Below, piece by piece: positions 25,958 through 38,904 of a stretch of 64,000 nucleotides of DNA. The notes below the pieces were generated by a model. It saw nothing but the letters and a program-made list of their open reading frames with translations. It had not been told where the DNA came from and did no database searches. The first letter of the stretch is position 1. The number at the start of each line of letters is the position of its first letter. The stretch is from Squalus acanthias (lineage: Eukaryota): positions 117,926,001 through 117,990,000 of the forward strand of contig CM059432.1 in NCBI GenBank assembly GCA_030390025.1. Direction: 5' to 3'. The position numbers were made by a program, and so were the translations under genes.

Positions 25958-28900
25958 TGTAAGGGATGTGGGTTGTGATAAGAGTCAGCCTTTCCCCTGA
26001 CTTAGGGAGCGGTTCGAATCGCTCCCACGCCCCAGGTTCAAAACTTGGACTTATTTAGGGGTTGTGAATAAAGATGCAGTAGACCACAGGTTCCAATGAA
26101 AGAACTATAACTTTCATTAAAGTTAAAAGGTAACAAACTTAAACACACTTCACACTTAAACAGGTTTGGGGAGCACACGGTTACAGGCGAGGAAATTGAC
26201 AGTATACATAGAACATAGAACATAGAACAGTACAGCACAGTACAGGCCCTTCGGCCCTCGATGTTGTGCCGAGCATTGTCTGAAACCAAGATCAAGCTAT
26301 CCCACTCCCTATCATTCTGGTGTGCTCCATGTGCTTATCCAATAACCGCTTGAAAGTTCCTAAAGTGTCCAACTCCACTATCACAGCAGGCAGTCCATTC
26401 CACACCCCAACCACTCTCTGAGTAAAGAATCTACCTCGGACATCCCTTCTATATCTCCCCCCATGCACCTTATAGTTATGCCCCCTTGTAACAGCTACAT
26501 CCACCCGAGGAAATAGTCTCTGAACATCCACTCTATCTATCCCCCTCATCATCTTGTAAACCTCTATTAAGTCGCCTCTCATCCTCCTCCGCTCTAAAGA
26601 GAAAAGCCCTAGCTCCCTCAATCTTTCCTCATAAGACCTCCCCCCCAAACCAGGCAGCATCCTGGTAAATCTCCCTTGCACTCTTTCCAATGCTTCCACG
26701 TCCTTACTATAATGAGGTGACCAGAACTGCACACAATATTCCAAATGTGGTCTCACCAAGGTCCTGTACAGTTGCAGCATAACCTCACGGTTCTTAAACT
26801 CAAACCCCTTATTAATAAACGCTAACACACTATAGGCCTTCTTTACTGCTCTATCCACTTGAGTGGCAACCTTCAGAGATCTGTGGATATGAATCCCCAG
26901 ATCCCTCTGTTCCTCCACATTCCTCAGAACCCTGCCGTTGACCCTGTAATCCTTATTCAAATTTGCCTTACCAAAATGAATCACCTCGCACTTATCAGGG
27001 TTAAATTCCATCTGCCATTTTTCGGCCCAGCTCTGCATCCTATCAATGTCTCTTTGCAGCCTACAACAGCCCTCCACCTCATCCACTACTCCACCAATCT
27101 TGGTGTCATCAGCAAATTTACTGATCCACCCTTCATGTCCCCTCCTCCAAGTCATTGATAAAAATCACAAACAGCAGAGGACCCAGCACCGACTCCTGTG
27201 GCACACCGCTGGTAACTGGTCTCCAGTCTGAAAATTTTCCATCCACCACCACCCTCTGCCTTCTATGAGATAGCCAGTTACTTATCCAATCGGCCAAATT
27301 TCCCTCTATCCCACAACTCCTTACTTTCTTCATGAGCCGACCATGGGGAACCTTATCAAACGCCTTACTAAAATCCATGTATACGACATCAACTGCTCTA
27401 CCTTCATCTACACACTTAGTTACCTCCTCAAAGAATTCAATCAAATTTGTTAGGCAAGACTTACCCTTCACGAATCCGTGTTGACTATCCCGGATTAAGT
27501 TGCATCTTTCCAAATGGTCATAAATCCTATCCCTCAGGATCTTTTCCATTATCTTACCAACCACCGAAGTAAGACTAACCGGCCTATAATTACCAGGGTC
27601 ATTCCTATTTCCTTTCTTGAAGAGAGGAACAACATTCGCCACTCTCCAGTCCTCTGGCACCATCCCTGTGGACAGTGAGGACCCAAAGATCAAAGCCAAA
27701 GGCTCTGCAATCTCCTCCCTTGCCTCCCAAAGAATCCTAGGATATATCCCATCTGGCCCAGGGGACTTATCGACCCTCAGGTTCTTCAAAATTGCTAAAA
27801 CATCTTCCCTCAGAACATCTACCTCCTCCAGCCTATCCACCTTTATCACACTCTCATCCTCAAAAACATGGCCCCTCTCCTCGGTGAAGACTGACGAAAA
27901 GTATTCATTCATCACCTCTCCTATCTCTTCTGACTCCATGCACAAGTTCCCACTACTGTCCTTGACCGGCCCTACCCTCACCCTGGTCATTCTTTTATTT
28001 CTCACATAAGAGTAAAAAGCCTTGGGGTTTTCCTTGATCCGACCCGCCAAGGACTTCTCATGCCCCCTCCTAGCTCTCCTAAGCTCTTTTTTTTAGCTCA
28101 TTCCTTGCTACCTTGTACCCCTCAATCGACCCAACTGAACCTTGTTTTCTCATCCTTACATACTCTTCCTTTTTCCTCTTGACTAGACATTCAACCTCTT
28201 TTGTGAACCATGGTTCTCTCACTCGGCCATTTCCTCCCTGCCTGACAGGGACATACCTATCAAGGACACGCAGTAATTGCTCCATGAAAAAGCTCCACTT
28301 TTCGTTTGTGCCTTTCCCTGATAGTTTCTGTTCCCATCTTATGCTCCCTAATTCTTGCCTAATCGCATCATAAATACCCCTCCCCCAATTATAAACCCTG
28401 CCCTGCCGTATGGCCCTATCCCTCTCCATTGCAATAGTGAAAGTCACCGAATTGTGGTCACTATCTCCAAAGTGCTCTCCCACATACAAATCAAACACTT
28501 GGCCCGGTTCATTACCCAGTACCAAATCCAATGTGGCCCCACCTCTTGTCGGCCTATCCACATATTGTGTCAGGAAACCCTCCTGCACACACTGTGCAAA
28601 AACTATCCCATCCGAACTGTTTGACCTATAAAGGTTCCAATCAATATTTGGAAAGTTGAAGTCACCCATGACAACTACTCTGTGACCTCCACACCTATTC
28701 ATAATCTGCTTTGCAATTTCTTCCTCCACATCTCTATTACTATTTGGGGGCCTGTAGAAAACTCCTAACAATGTGACCGCTCCTTTCCTATTTCTAACTT
28801 CAGCCCATATTACCTCAGATGGCAGATCCCCCTCGAACTGCCTTTCTGCCGCTGTTAAACTATCCTTGATTAACAATGCTACTCCTCCACCTTTCTTACC

Positions 28901-29641
28901 ACCTTCCCTACTCTTACTGAAACATCTATACCCCGGAACTTCCAACAACCATTCCTGTCCCTGTTCTAACCATGTCTCCGTAATGGCCACCACATCGTAG
29001 TCCCAAGTACCAATCCACGCTCCAAGTTCTCCTACCTTATTCCGGATGCTCCTTGCATTGAAGTAGACACACTTCAAGAAAAATAAAAACCTTTATCCCT
29101 CCCAAAAAATCCCACTTCTAGCTAGGTTTCAGTTTCAGGAGATCAGGGATAATGCTCACCAGACAGGGGTATTAACAATTCGAGATCCAGCCAGGTAAGT
29201 CGATGGTGATTCTGGTCATCAAACGTCTTCCTTTACCATGTGGCTTCTGGGCAGTGCTGCCAGAGACCCTTGCTTCCAGCGTAGTCGGTCGAGTCGAAAA
29301 GAGAAAGAAATCTCTGGGTCCTGCGGTAATTATAGTCCTCTTCGCCGCCCCCCCCCCCCCACCACAAACTCCTCATGTAAAAAGCTGGTTTCGTGATGCA
29401 GTGAGTTTTCAGGTGAGGCCTGTTCATTGTCTTGTTGAAAACTTGATGGGCTCTGTGTTTTGGGTGGGGCAGTTTTTCCCCAGAGCCTATTGTCCAAATG
29501 GTAATGTTTTGCTGGTCTTTGAATTCCCAGACCAGGCACGTGCCATACATGTTTGGGCATGTTTCCTTTAAATTTCCAAAGTCCTTATTTTTTTCCTTTC
29601 GATATATGTTTTGGGGATCTGCAAATTTTGAAAATCTTACA
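25958..29641 (-). mobile_element. Solo LTR (minus strand) split by a CR1; LTR pieces about 25958-26205 and 29078-29641
   Basis: Minus strand starts TGTAAGATTTTCAAAATTTGCAGATCCCCAAAAC (cf. 19733 TGTAAAGTTTCCAAAATTTGCAGATCCCCAAAAC) and ends CCCTTACA; exact TSD CTCT (25954-25957 / 29642-29645). Confidence 0.9.
26207..29077 (-). mobile_element. Young CR1-type LINE with near-complete ORF2 (APE endonuclease plus RT), two frameshifts
   Basis: ORFs 28079-29077 (YFNARSIRNK, ITETWL, MGDFNFP, SDHN), 27133-28050 and 26292-27155 (FADDTK); (CATAGAA)n tail at 26207-26228. Confidence 0.95.
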
Positions 29642-30374
29642 CTCTAGCACATATTGTTGTAGAAAACTATCCTGGACACACTCAAGAAATTCACTACCAT
29701 TCTGACAGGTACTAGTCTGCTATTCCCAATCTATATGAAAGTTAAAATCCCCCATTAAAACCACCCTGCCTTTACTACATGCTTGTCTAATCTGTGCATT
29801 TATACAATCTAGCACTTCAGAGCTGCTACCAGGGGACCTATACCCAACTCCCACTACAGTCTTAGATCCTTTCCTATTTCTTAATTCAACCCATAATGTC
29901 TCCACTGGCTGCTTACCTCTCTTTAAATCCTCTCTTATCATTGAAGTGATTTTATCCTAAATCACTAAGGCTACTCCTCCCCCTCTGCCATTTTCCCTGT
30001 CTTTCCTGTGCACCTTTTCACCTGGTATATTTAATTCCCAGTCCTGACTGTCTTCCAGCCATGTCTCATTAATGGCTACAATGTCATACCGTCCAATTTG
30101 AATTTGTGCCTGCCGTTCATTCAATTTATTCCTTAAGAATGTATAAAGAATGCTTATTTGGGCCACACATCCTAGCCTGTCCTTCAGCTATAATGTTTTA
30201 ATGTGTACTGCAGTTATGTAAATCCCTCAGGCATTTTTGGAGGTGTGTTCTGCACCTTCTCTGACAACTCTTGCAGAGTATTCAATCTTAAAAGCTGTCT
30301 GAAGACCAGTTGAGTAGGATATTAATTCTTACCCATGCAACAGAGGGACATCTATGGCTGTGCTCTCGGGTTAC

Positions 30375-30830
30375 TGAAAGAAAGAACTTGCATTTATATA
30401 ATGTCATATTCCATCGCTCAGGACATTCCGAAGCACTTCACTTACAATTAATTTTTTTGAAATGTATTCAGTATTTTTATGTAGGCAAACGTCATGTAAG
30501 TTTCTATGATTTTATAAAAGGGAGTTGGACAGGTACTTGAGGATGAGGAACTTACAGGGTTACGGACAAAAAGCGGGGGTGTGGGACTAAGCACGACTGC
30601 TCTTTCAAAGAGTCGGCACAGGTACAACGGGTCGAATGGCCTCCTTCTGTGCTGTAAGTTTCTATGATTCTATCATTCTAACATGGCATCCATTTTGTAT
30701 AGTGTAAGGTACCAGAAACAGCAATGGGATGAATGATGAGCTGGTAGTGTTGCTTGAGGGAGGAGTGCTTGCCAGGACAATAAGGTAACTCCCTGCTCCT
30801 CTTCTTTAACACCATGGGATCATTATCCTT
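30375..30830 (-). mobile_element. Decayed Deu-type SINE containing a short CR1 3'-tail insertion (about 30495-30675, +)
   Basis: aacttgcatttatata.. is the reverse complement of the SINE tail at about 18560-18590; the insert ends ggcctccttctgtgctgtaagtttctatgattctat. Confidence 0.55.
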
Positions 30831-31974
30831 TATGGGCATTCATGGAATTGGTAACAGAAATAATTTGAGACTTTAGATGGATGTAACCTCAGACGATGTT
30901 GTTTTCCGTCTGAATCAGTTAGTGCTAAAATCATGCTTCATAGATTGACTTGTTAAAACAATTCAGAATGAGGAACTAAGTCAAGGATGGTCAATTTCTG
31001 TCAACAATTTTTTTATGGACTAAAATGTTGTCAGTAAACCAGTAATATATATAAATGTCCTAGCCAAGCATATATTCCACTTTCGTCAACTATAGAATTC
31101 TATTTGAGAAACGAAGTGCATTCGTATTAAAAGCTGCATTGTAATAGGAAACATTGGCTATCATCTCCACAAGACAAAAAAACAGCCCTTCAATACATCA
31201 TGTATATATGTTGTGGAGATGGATGCTGGCTTTCGAAGCACAGAGCCATGGATAGCAGGAGTATGATTGCACAACAAAAATGTTCTGAAGCCCCCAAATT
31301 TGGTGTATAATTCATCCCACCGGTTTTCAGGAACTCATTGAATTGTACCCCACTTCGATTTCTTGGGGAGACTGCTGATTTTGCCAGATGCCTCTATTTA
31401 TTTTAATCTGTTGCATTTCATTTTGCTTTATTACACAATTTATTTTGAGGTTGGAGCTCCTTAACAAGCCTGAGATGAAACCTACACATTGATCTCAGTC
31501 TGAATGTGAATTTCCCTGGTTTATGAGTAAGTCTTTTAATCACTTCTCTGACCCGTATACACTTTAATGACATTCGCACCTCATTTTTTTCCTGTCAGTC
31601 ACCTTGCACCAGTATCATTGCCTGCTGGTTTGCAGCATTCATTCAATTTTGCTTCATTTTATTACATCCTTGTTATACATCCTGCTCTTTTCATATTTCT
31701 GTCACTTGCTTCTTTGTGTTTTTTTATCCTTAGCTGCCATCGTTATTTATTCACCTATTTTACAAACCTGTTTAAGCTATAAATATATCATGTAATTTGG
31801 AAATGGTATTAAGTGAACACAGCAGTATTGATAAATGAAATAGTCAGACTTTATTTGCACATATAGCGAACCAAATTTGTTGATAATAACTTTCGAAGCA
31901 AGTACCTTCTACTTAGCAAAAAAAAACCCTAACATTTCAAGGTCTAATGAGTCAACCTTGAAGGAGAACATCCT

Positions 31975-32560
31975 GGGGGAAATAATCGCTATGGCTCATT
32001 TTCGGACCCATATTTGATGGCACGCACTGCGCTCGAACTGGGAGGCTCGAGGCTGGCCAAAAATTGGGCCTCGGGCCTTATTTTAATAATTGCGACAAGC
32101 TGCCAGCACCTGTCGCGCCTCCAGAGGCAACTCCCGCTTTTCCTTCAACCAATTGGGCAGCTTGCCTTGCTGGCAGCGACCTTCCAGTAAGTTCCGGGAT
32201 AAGGATGGGGAGGAGAATGGGAGGGGGTGAATCAAAAGCAGCAGTGGCCCTCAGGAGTGCTGCAGAGCCAGGCGAAGAACTCCTGCTCCTCCTGGGTACA
32301 CATGAAAGTTTCTTTGCTTTTAAAAAAAAAAACTTCCTCTTTGTTGGCGGGCACTTGTTAGGCCATATTTATTTCAGGAAGAGGTGCCAAAACAGGCGTT
32401 CAGCCCCTCATGAACATGTGCAAGGCACCTAGTACCTGTTTTAGGTGGCCACCAGGGGCGGGTGAAAAATCGCCTGACACAATATGGTATTTCAGGCATT
32501 TTTGGGGTGTGGATCCTAGCCCTGTGAAATTGGTCCTTTTTGTCCCCAATTTCCACCTGG
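31975..32560. mobile_element. GC-rich MITE related to 4496-5118
   Basis: aaattgggcctcgggccttattttaata mirrors tattaaaatgaggcccaaggtccaattt (about 5000-5025); eroded TIRs. Confidence 0.55.
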
Positions 32561-34389
32561 GAAATGGGCACAGTGAGATCTAATTTCTTCCTCCCATTCT
32601 AATAAAATATAAACTGCACCAATAACTCACCAACATGCCCCTGTGCTGCATTTTCTTCACTGCCTTCTGTTTCTAACACTATAAAACTTTTCTCTTTTTT
32701 TTGAGTTTATAACTCATCAGTAAAGTGTAGATAGATACAAGTAGAGCTAGAAAAATAAAATAAATGACCGCTAATCTTTCATTTACAAATGCTATGTGTG
32801 GAACAAACTGTCAGTTTTACAGGTTATTCATCAATGAGTTTCTTTTCTCTCCAAAAGAGATCAATTAAGATTGTGAGGAAAGGGTTAAACAGCGGTAGGA
32901 GGGAATAGCAGATAAAGAATTACAGTCCTGGGAAAATGATTTTGAAGCCCTATTATTTAAGGACTGCTTTTCATAATGTCCTTTTCAAGAAATACATTTT
33001 AAATATAAGTGTGAGATTAATTCCTATTTTATAAATCATCACCGATTTTCAAGTGTGAACGTGATTCACTAATTAAGGAAACATGATATAATAGAACCCT
33101 AATATAATTATATAAGTCCGTTCTGAAGCAGAAATTGGTCTTAGCAGGAATTAATTAACATTAATATTTATGGGGCTGGAGTTCAGTTGAATTCATGGTG
33201 TAAACCAGATAAATCACTCATCTCATTTACTCTGTTGCAGCATAAATTTGCTGTGACAAGTTGGTGATTCAGTTCCATGTTTAATCCAGTGGGCACCTTG
33301 AGCAATTCCATAAAAAAGGCTTGAATGTTGTCTCAGCAACATGGGTGCACTTTTAATTGAATTGAAGCCTTAGATTTTACACTTTATTTTTTAACCATAG
33401 GTTAGCTGAATGCACAATAATTCCTTCATTTTTTGTCTCGCTTGAAAAATCTGTCATTGCATGTCCTTGACATATGTACTTTAAATACATTGGCAAGTGA
33501 TGCCATGCAGTATAGCTCTGCATGAACGATACGTGAAGTTCAAAGAAAATATTTATCAATGTGTCACATTGAATGCCTCACAATGTCGTGATATCTTTCT
33601 AAATTAAATTTGGATCAGCATCAAATTTTGTTGATCTGGAACAGCTTATTATGCTGCAGGACATCTCAAAGAGTCGAACTAAAGAACATTTGCCAAGGAC
33701 ATGTAATGTATCAAACATTTTGCACAGAAATGATACATTTATGGAATTAATTAATGTTAAACAGCCAAGTCAATACCAAAGTAAAAATTCACCCATTGGA
33801 GACCTTAGAAAACTGGAGCTGAATTTCAGAAACCTATCAATAAGTATCAATTAAATAATTAAATCGTAAAGAATGCCCCTCCAGTGTACTATACTAGGAA
33901 ATTGAGTATAAGTAGTTGGACTGAAGAATGAATCTATCAAGTCAAACCTTTTAGCTGAACTACATCTATTCAGTTCCCACATAGGGATGTCTTCATTACT
34001 GTTGGAATACAATTACAGATAGAATATTCAAAAAGAAAAAATAACGATCTATTAGCAAAACAATTGCAAAATGGAAATTCTATTTGCAGATGTTAGCATT
34101 GTCTGCAACTAAAACTTGCATTCAACAACTTCTTGTACTTGATATAAAAGTTTAATTTTATTTTCAAGTATAGTTGCTGGTTGGGGTTATTAAAACTGGC
34201 GATCTGCTTTCTTCTGGAGTTTCCTAGCAGTTCATATTTTTCACTCTGCGCTTTATGCCATCGGTAATCCAAGCTACCAATGTGATAATGATATCCTGAT
34301 TTTGGGTGGGGGGAAGGATTCACGTTGTAATATATTATCACATAGATTGTCACATGGTTTATTATGAGCATGCTCAGTTTGCTCTGGCC

Positions 34390-35154
34390 CCTGACAGCTT
34401 GAGCATACATGTCAAGCTTGGGGCAGCGACCCTCCGGAGGGGTCCAGTTTGACTCTTTTTTCTTCGGTTGCTGCACTGCGAGTCCCTCTGTCTGCTGTTC
34501 TGGATCATTGATTGTCTCATTGGGTTTGTTGCTGACATCTTGGGATTTGTGGAAGTATTCCCGGAGCCTCATTCTCCTGATGAATTCCTCCGTGTCTGCC
34601 GCGAGACCGATGGGGTCCATTTTGGTGGTTGGGCAGAACTTGAGCCCTAGGGCGAGAACTTCGATTTCGTCTGGTTGAAGGGTATGGTCGGACAAGTTGA
34701 CGATGGACTTCCCTGTGGTTGCACCCGTGGTACCGGGGGAGGCTTGGTTGCTGCTGGTGGTGATGCCGAGTTTCTCAAGCTTCCTGTTCTTGATGCGCAT
34801 GTAGGCAGCGTAGTTCCGTTGCCTCGTCTGTTTGGCGGTGTCTCGTAACTGGTCTGCTGTGTCCTGAGCACAGGCTGAGAGCATGGACTCTATCTTGGTT
34901 TCGAGGTTGTGGCGTTTGCTGTAGAGCTGGTGTACGAGATGGTTGAGGAGTGTGCGAGAGGTACGACGGCAGAGTCTCTCAGCGTAGTCTGTGTTGTATG
35001 TCGACTTGAGTGGGTTCGTGATCTGTAGTCCTTTCGGGATCTTGTCTGCTTTCTTGCATCTCTGTAGATACTTGATGTCGGTGTCGATATGCGCGATCTT
35101 CTTGGCGATTCTCTCCACTTTGAGCCGGCAGTTTGTGGTGTCGATAGTAGTCAT
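34390..35154 (-). CDS. Penelope-like ORF, N-terminal 255 codons (inverted segment)
   Basis: MTTIDTT..FLQRC-like YLQRCKKADKIPKGL..IVNLSDHTL..EIEVLALGLKFCPT..RRMRLREYF..DMYAQAVR; no stops; ATG lies just downstream of the pLTR. Confidence 0.85.
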
Positions 35155-35241
35155 GATGCGGAGATGCCGGTGTTGGACTGGGGTGGACAAAATTGAGAGG
35201 TCGCACAACACCAGGTTATAGTCCAACAGTTTTATTTGAAA

Positions 35242-35280
35242 TCACAAGCTTTCGGAGCTTACTACTCCTTCGTCGGGTGA
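35242..35280 (-). ncRNA. Minimal hammerhead-ribozyme-like motif in the inverted pLTR
   Basis: Reverse complement reads TCAC-CCGACGA-A-GGAG-tagtaag-CTCC-GAAA-GCTT-GTGA. Confidence 0.6.
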
Positions 35281-35412
35281 AGTAACAAGATACAGAATCG
35301 CCAAAGCATATATAGATAGAGAACAATGCATGTGTACCTTACAATTGCAGACAACTAAATTAAATCATCCTGACTATCTGCCGAGGTGTGATAAAGTTAA
35401 TCAGGTCAGCCA

Positions 35413-37095
35413 TGTAGAATTCGCAATATATCGCGATTTTATAAATAAGGAGAAAACACATAGTTTCGTTCAAACAGCTTTTATTTCAGCAGAATGCTGT
35501 CAGGTTTTCAAAGTGGACACAAGCAGCCTGTAAAATGGCCGCCACGCCTCGTGGCAGAACATTCTAGACTTTTCGACAGGCAGACAAGATGGCGTTCCAA
35601 TAAACATTTGTGCAAGATCGATCAAGACTAAGCACATCTAAGATAATACACGAGACATCATGGGTTTGCAGTATACACATAAATACTGAAATCGGTTCCC
35701 CGGGTGCGAATAAGGGCTATTGTACCAAGTAATCAAGAACCCATCCAAAGACATTAATATGCAAAATCCCAACGACTCTACGATGAGAGAGCCGTTAGCG
35801 GGTAGTTACAGAAAACATTTGGAAGCCCCAAAACCCCTCCAGGGAGAATACCGACCGATTACACAATGGGAGAAATATTAACAGGTACTCAGACAGTTAC
35901 GAGTATCCCCGAAACCCATTAAAACGGAGATCACCCTATACAAGAAATTTGAGCGCCAAACCCTAACAAAAGAAAAGACATTAAGGTTGGGCGGGAAAAG
36001 GAGGATTTTGCACTATAACTGCAAGCTCCAACCGTCCATCTTTCTCTTATCCTCTTATCCTGCTGGCGTTTATCCTCGTGGCTGCTCTTGTGCTCTTATC
36101 CCTTCGATTCCGTGCCGTTTGCCTCGTGTCTCTTTTCAAAAGACTGTTGAACTTTACGATCCGCCCGGATCTACCTCGTGGCGTGCCGCGAAGATCTGTG
36201 TGGAACTGGGCTGTGAAGCCTTGAAACGGACGCACCATCCCGAGAAGTCGGTAAACGGTGCTGGAACCGAAGGCCCGAGATGAGATGAGATGAGATGAAA
36301 AGAGAAGAAGACCATACGTATCGCCACGGTCAGTAAGCTCCGACCGCGCCTGTAGGTCGAATAGACATTTTCCTTGCCCAGGAAGACCTTCTTTGAGTTT
36401 TACAGAACTGGCAGGAAGACTGTTCCTTGAGTTTTATCGAACCGGTGTGAGGGCACAGGAAGACTATTTTTCGAGTCGTGTCGGAACTCCGAGGACAACA
36501 CAGATCTTCATGACAGCAGACGTTCCAGCCTGCTAGCCGGAGCAGAAACGAGTAAACAAGTGGGGCACAGAGACCCCTGACCAACACATGGGTGATCAGG
36601 TGCTGTGGTGGAAAAACATCCGATCAGATCCGAGTTATCACGAGTGGTGAGCATGAGTCTCGATCCTACCAGTCTAGTTTAGAGTAGGTATTGATAGGGG
36701 AAGGTTTAAGTTTTAAGGATAACTGTAATGTGTGCCCCCATTTATGATGTGTCGTTCGTTCCTCATTTCCCTGAAATTAGTTACATAACTGCGTGTAAGA
36801 TTGTACTGTCATTAATCTGTGCTTATGACATGTATTTCGTAATCTTGAATAATATGCAATAAAGATTTTCCATTTCGTACCATTCAACTGGGTCTACCTG
36901 AGTTTTCTCTCCATTACTGCTCTCGCACCTAAGTCCAGTGTCAGAACCGTAAGGGCGAGTGGGTCGAACCACTCACAGGTGTCTAGTGCTCCCAGACTGG
37001 CTGGAGACCAGAACAGACAACAAGGCCTAAACCCGCACTAGCATCCAGGCTGCACAGAGCCACACGAATCTCACAGGTTCAGAGAAACCCTTACA
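35413..37095 (+). repeat. 5' LTR (1683 bp)
   Basis: TGTAGAATT...CCCTTACA; direct repeat of 46497-48177. Confidence 0.97.
35953..36018 (+). promoter_or_regulatory. Putative LTR core promoter: E2F-like sites plus TATA-like box
   Basis: GCGCCAAA (35953-35960), GGCGGGAAAA (35990-35999), TATAA (36014-36018); YY1-like AAAATGGCC (35532) and CAAGATGGCG (35585) upstream. Motif matches only. Confidence 0.5.
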
Positions 37096-37100
37096 GAAAA

Positions 37101-37118
37101 TGGCGACCGCGGCAGGAC
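37101..37118 (+). other. Primer-binding site, tRNA-Arg(TCG)-type
   Basis: TGGCGACCGCGGCAGGAC is complementary to ..GTCCTGCCGCGGTCG-CCA, which I recall as a vertebrate tRNA-Arg(TCG) 3' end; 5 nt (GAAAA) after the LTR. Confidence 0.8.
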
Positions 37119-37171
37119 ACTGGCAGTGAGAGGGTAGTGTGTTAGACTTTGGTGTGAATGTACGAAATGTC

Positions 37172-38904
37172 ATGCAAGAAAAAATAGCCGATTATGTGTT
37201 CGGAAAGGTAAATTTAACTAAGAAATGGATAAGTGACCTGTTAGCGGATAAGTGTCCACTAGAGGCAGCCGAGAGTTGGACAGATAGTAAGGAACATAAA
37301 AAGACAGTGGAGAAAGCAGTTTGCTTAATGTGTTATAAAAGACAAGTCCAGATTTCAAACCAGGTCATTACAGCGCAAGCAGCTCGGATCAGGCATTTAG
37401 AGGAGGAAATGGACGAGAAGGTCTCGGGGGGGAGTTGCTCGTTAGGAATTTAAGTGCGTTGCACCAAGAACGCCAGGAAGTCACCAGTCACCATAAAGCA
37501 AAAATAGATTACCTCGAGTGCCAAGTCACTGAGGCAAAGTTAAGTGAGGGCAGACTAAAGGAACGATGTGCCCGCCAAGCTGCCCAAATAAAAGCCCAGG
37601 AAGAGAGCTTAACGGGGGTTAGGGCGGCATATAAGATGTCCCTTGAGGATAAGTATCAGGGGGCCGATCATAGCGTCTGCCAAAAGGAGATAGAACACCT
37701 TAAAAGGGCCGTGAACAAAGCGCACGGCATGGTGTGCCTTATCAGTCCGTCAGCACACCAGCCGCTAGTAGATGAGGAGTTTCAGAAATTCCCACCAAGC
37801 AAAGCAGAGGAAGTATTAGCCACTACGCACTCCGCGCCACCCAGCTATTCGGAAACCTGGGTAAGGGAGAAAGGGGTAGGAGAAACGAAAGAGCCCACTG
37901 AGGTAGAAGTGGAAAAGGGACCGTTGTGTCCGGTTACGGGTATAAAAAGGGGCCCGACCGGAGACGGTGGGGAAGAAGGGAATCTCCTCAACCAGCTTGT
38001 GTTGCCTCACAGCTCACACCAGCTGAGGGTTATGATAAGTCACGTACGGAAGCTGACCGAGTCAGACGACCCTTCCGTACATTTCAGGGAAGTAGAGCAA
38101 ACCGCAGCCATTAACGGCTGCGACGATGGGGAAACAGCAAAGATGCTGTTATTTTCATTAGGTAGTTCGATCCTTCAGTGTCTCTCGGACGAGAGCAAGA
38201 GGGGAACCAAAAAATATGAGGCACTAAGAAATGAGGTCCTAGAAGTATTGGGGACGGACGATGAAGGTCCGTTTGTTAGAGTGGGACAGACAGTGCAGAT
38301 GGAGGGAGAACCCCCGAAGGTTTTCGCCGACAGGCTGTGGCCAGTATACCAGCGCAGCTGCCCAGGTGCGCCAGAGCGCGACGATGTGGAAGGCGTCGGT
38401 TTAACTCATTGGCTCAGGTGTATAGTAGCCAACAGTTTGCCAGCCGTCAGAGAGCAGGCAAAAGCGTGGTTTGATCCCACTGACCCCAACATTACTGAGG
38501 AGTCGGTCTTAAATCGACTCACGGTAGGATACCGTAATATCAGGGGTATGGGAACACGTCCCCTTAAAGGAAAAGTACATGAGATACGACCCGCAGCCCC
38601 GGCTCAAAAGGAGTGGCATCAGGAGGGTAACCGCGCCCCGCAGGCAAGTAATGCTTGTTACGGGTGTGGGAAGACAGGGCACTGGCGCAAGAACTGTAGG
38701 AACCCTTGGAAGGATTCCAGGGATAAAAATCCCGCAGCCCGAGTCCAGATGCCTGTCTCTGTTAGGGAAGCTAGTGCACCCACCCCTCCCGACGACCTCG
38801 AAACAGTGTTGGGAGCCATGCGCAACTTCATGAGTGCGCATGGAAAAGTGGCGGTTGCTACCGGCCCCGCAGGTGCCACAGGCCCGTCTAACAATACCCA
38901 ATGA
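37172..38904 (+). pseudogene. gag: Gag polyprotein, one frameshift at the G7 run 37426-37432
   Basis: ORFs 37139-37453 and 37435-38904 join by adding one G; coiled-coil-like N-terminus, PPSY (37837-37848), CYGCGKTGHWRKNC knuckle (38656-38697). Start uncertain: an in-frame ATG at 37100 is followed by TGA at 37127. Confidence 0.85.

Larger units (their letters stand above)
22000..30180 (-). mobile_element. Old CR1-type LINE (EN and N-terminal RT) hosting nested insertions; own pieces about 22000-22950, 25741-25957, 29642-30180
   Basis: Pieces join in order on the minus strand: YDIVAINETWL..GGGVALVI / VVLMGDFN / ECVQDSFLQQYVLE|ATR..LDL.MSNEP..SDHN..MRQRLST | LLMGKTTEDQW. Confidence 0.75.

Noticed and set aside
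26005..26026. GGTTCGAATC hairpin as a tRNA gene
   Set aside because: No cloverleaf or A-box context; it lies inside a solo LTR and is reported as a U5 element instead.
34093..34389. C-terminal ~100 aa of the 377-aa ORF
   Set aside because: Read-through past the inversion breakpoint into Gypsy LTR and flanking DNA; not part of the Penelope-like protein.
35987..36587. Short ORFs inside both LTRs (98 aa +, 85 aa -, 63 aa -)
   Set aside because: Mostly non-ATG starts, no motifs; duplicated only because the LTRs are duplicated.
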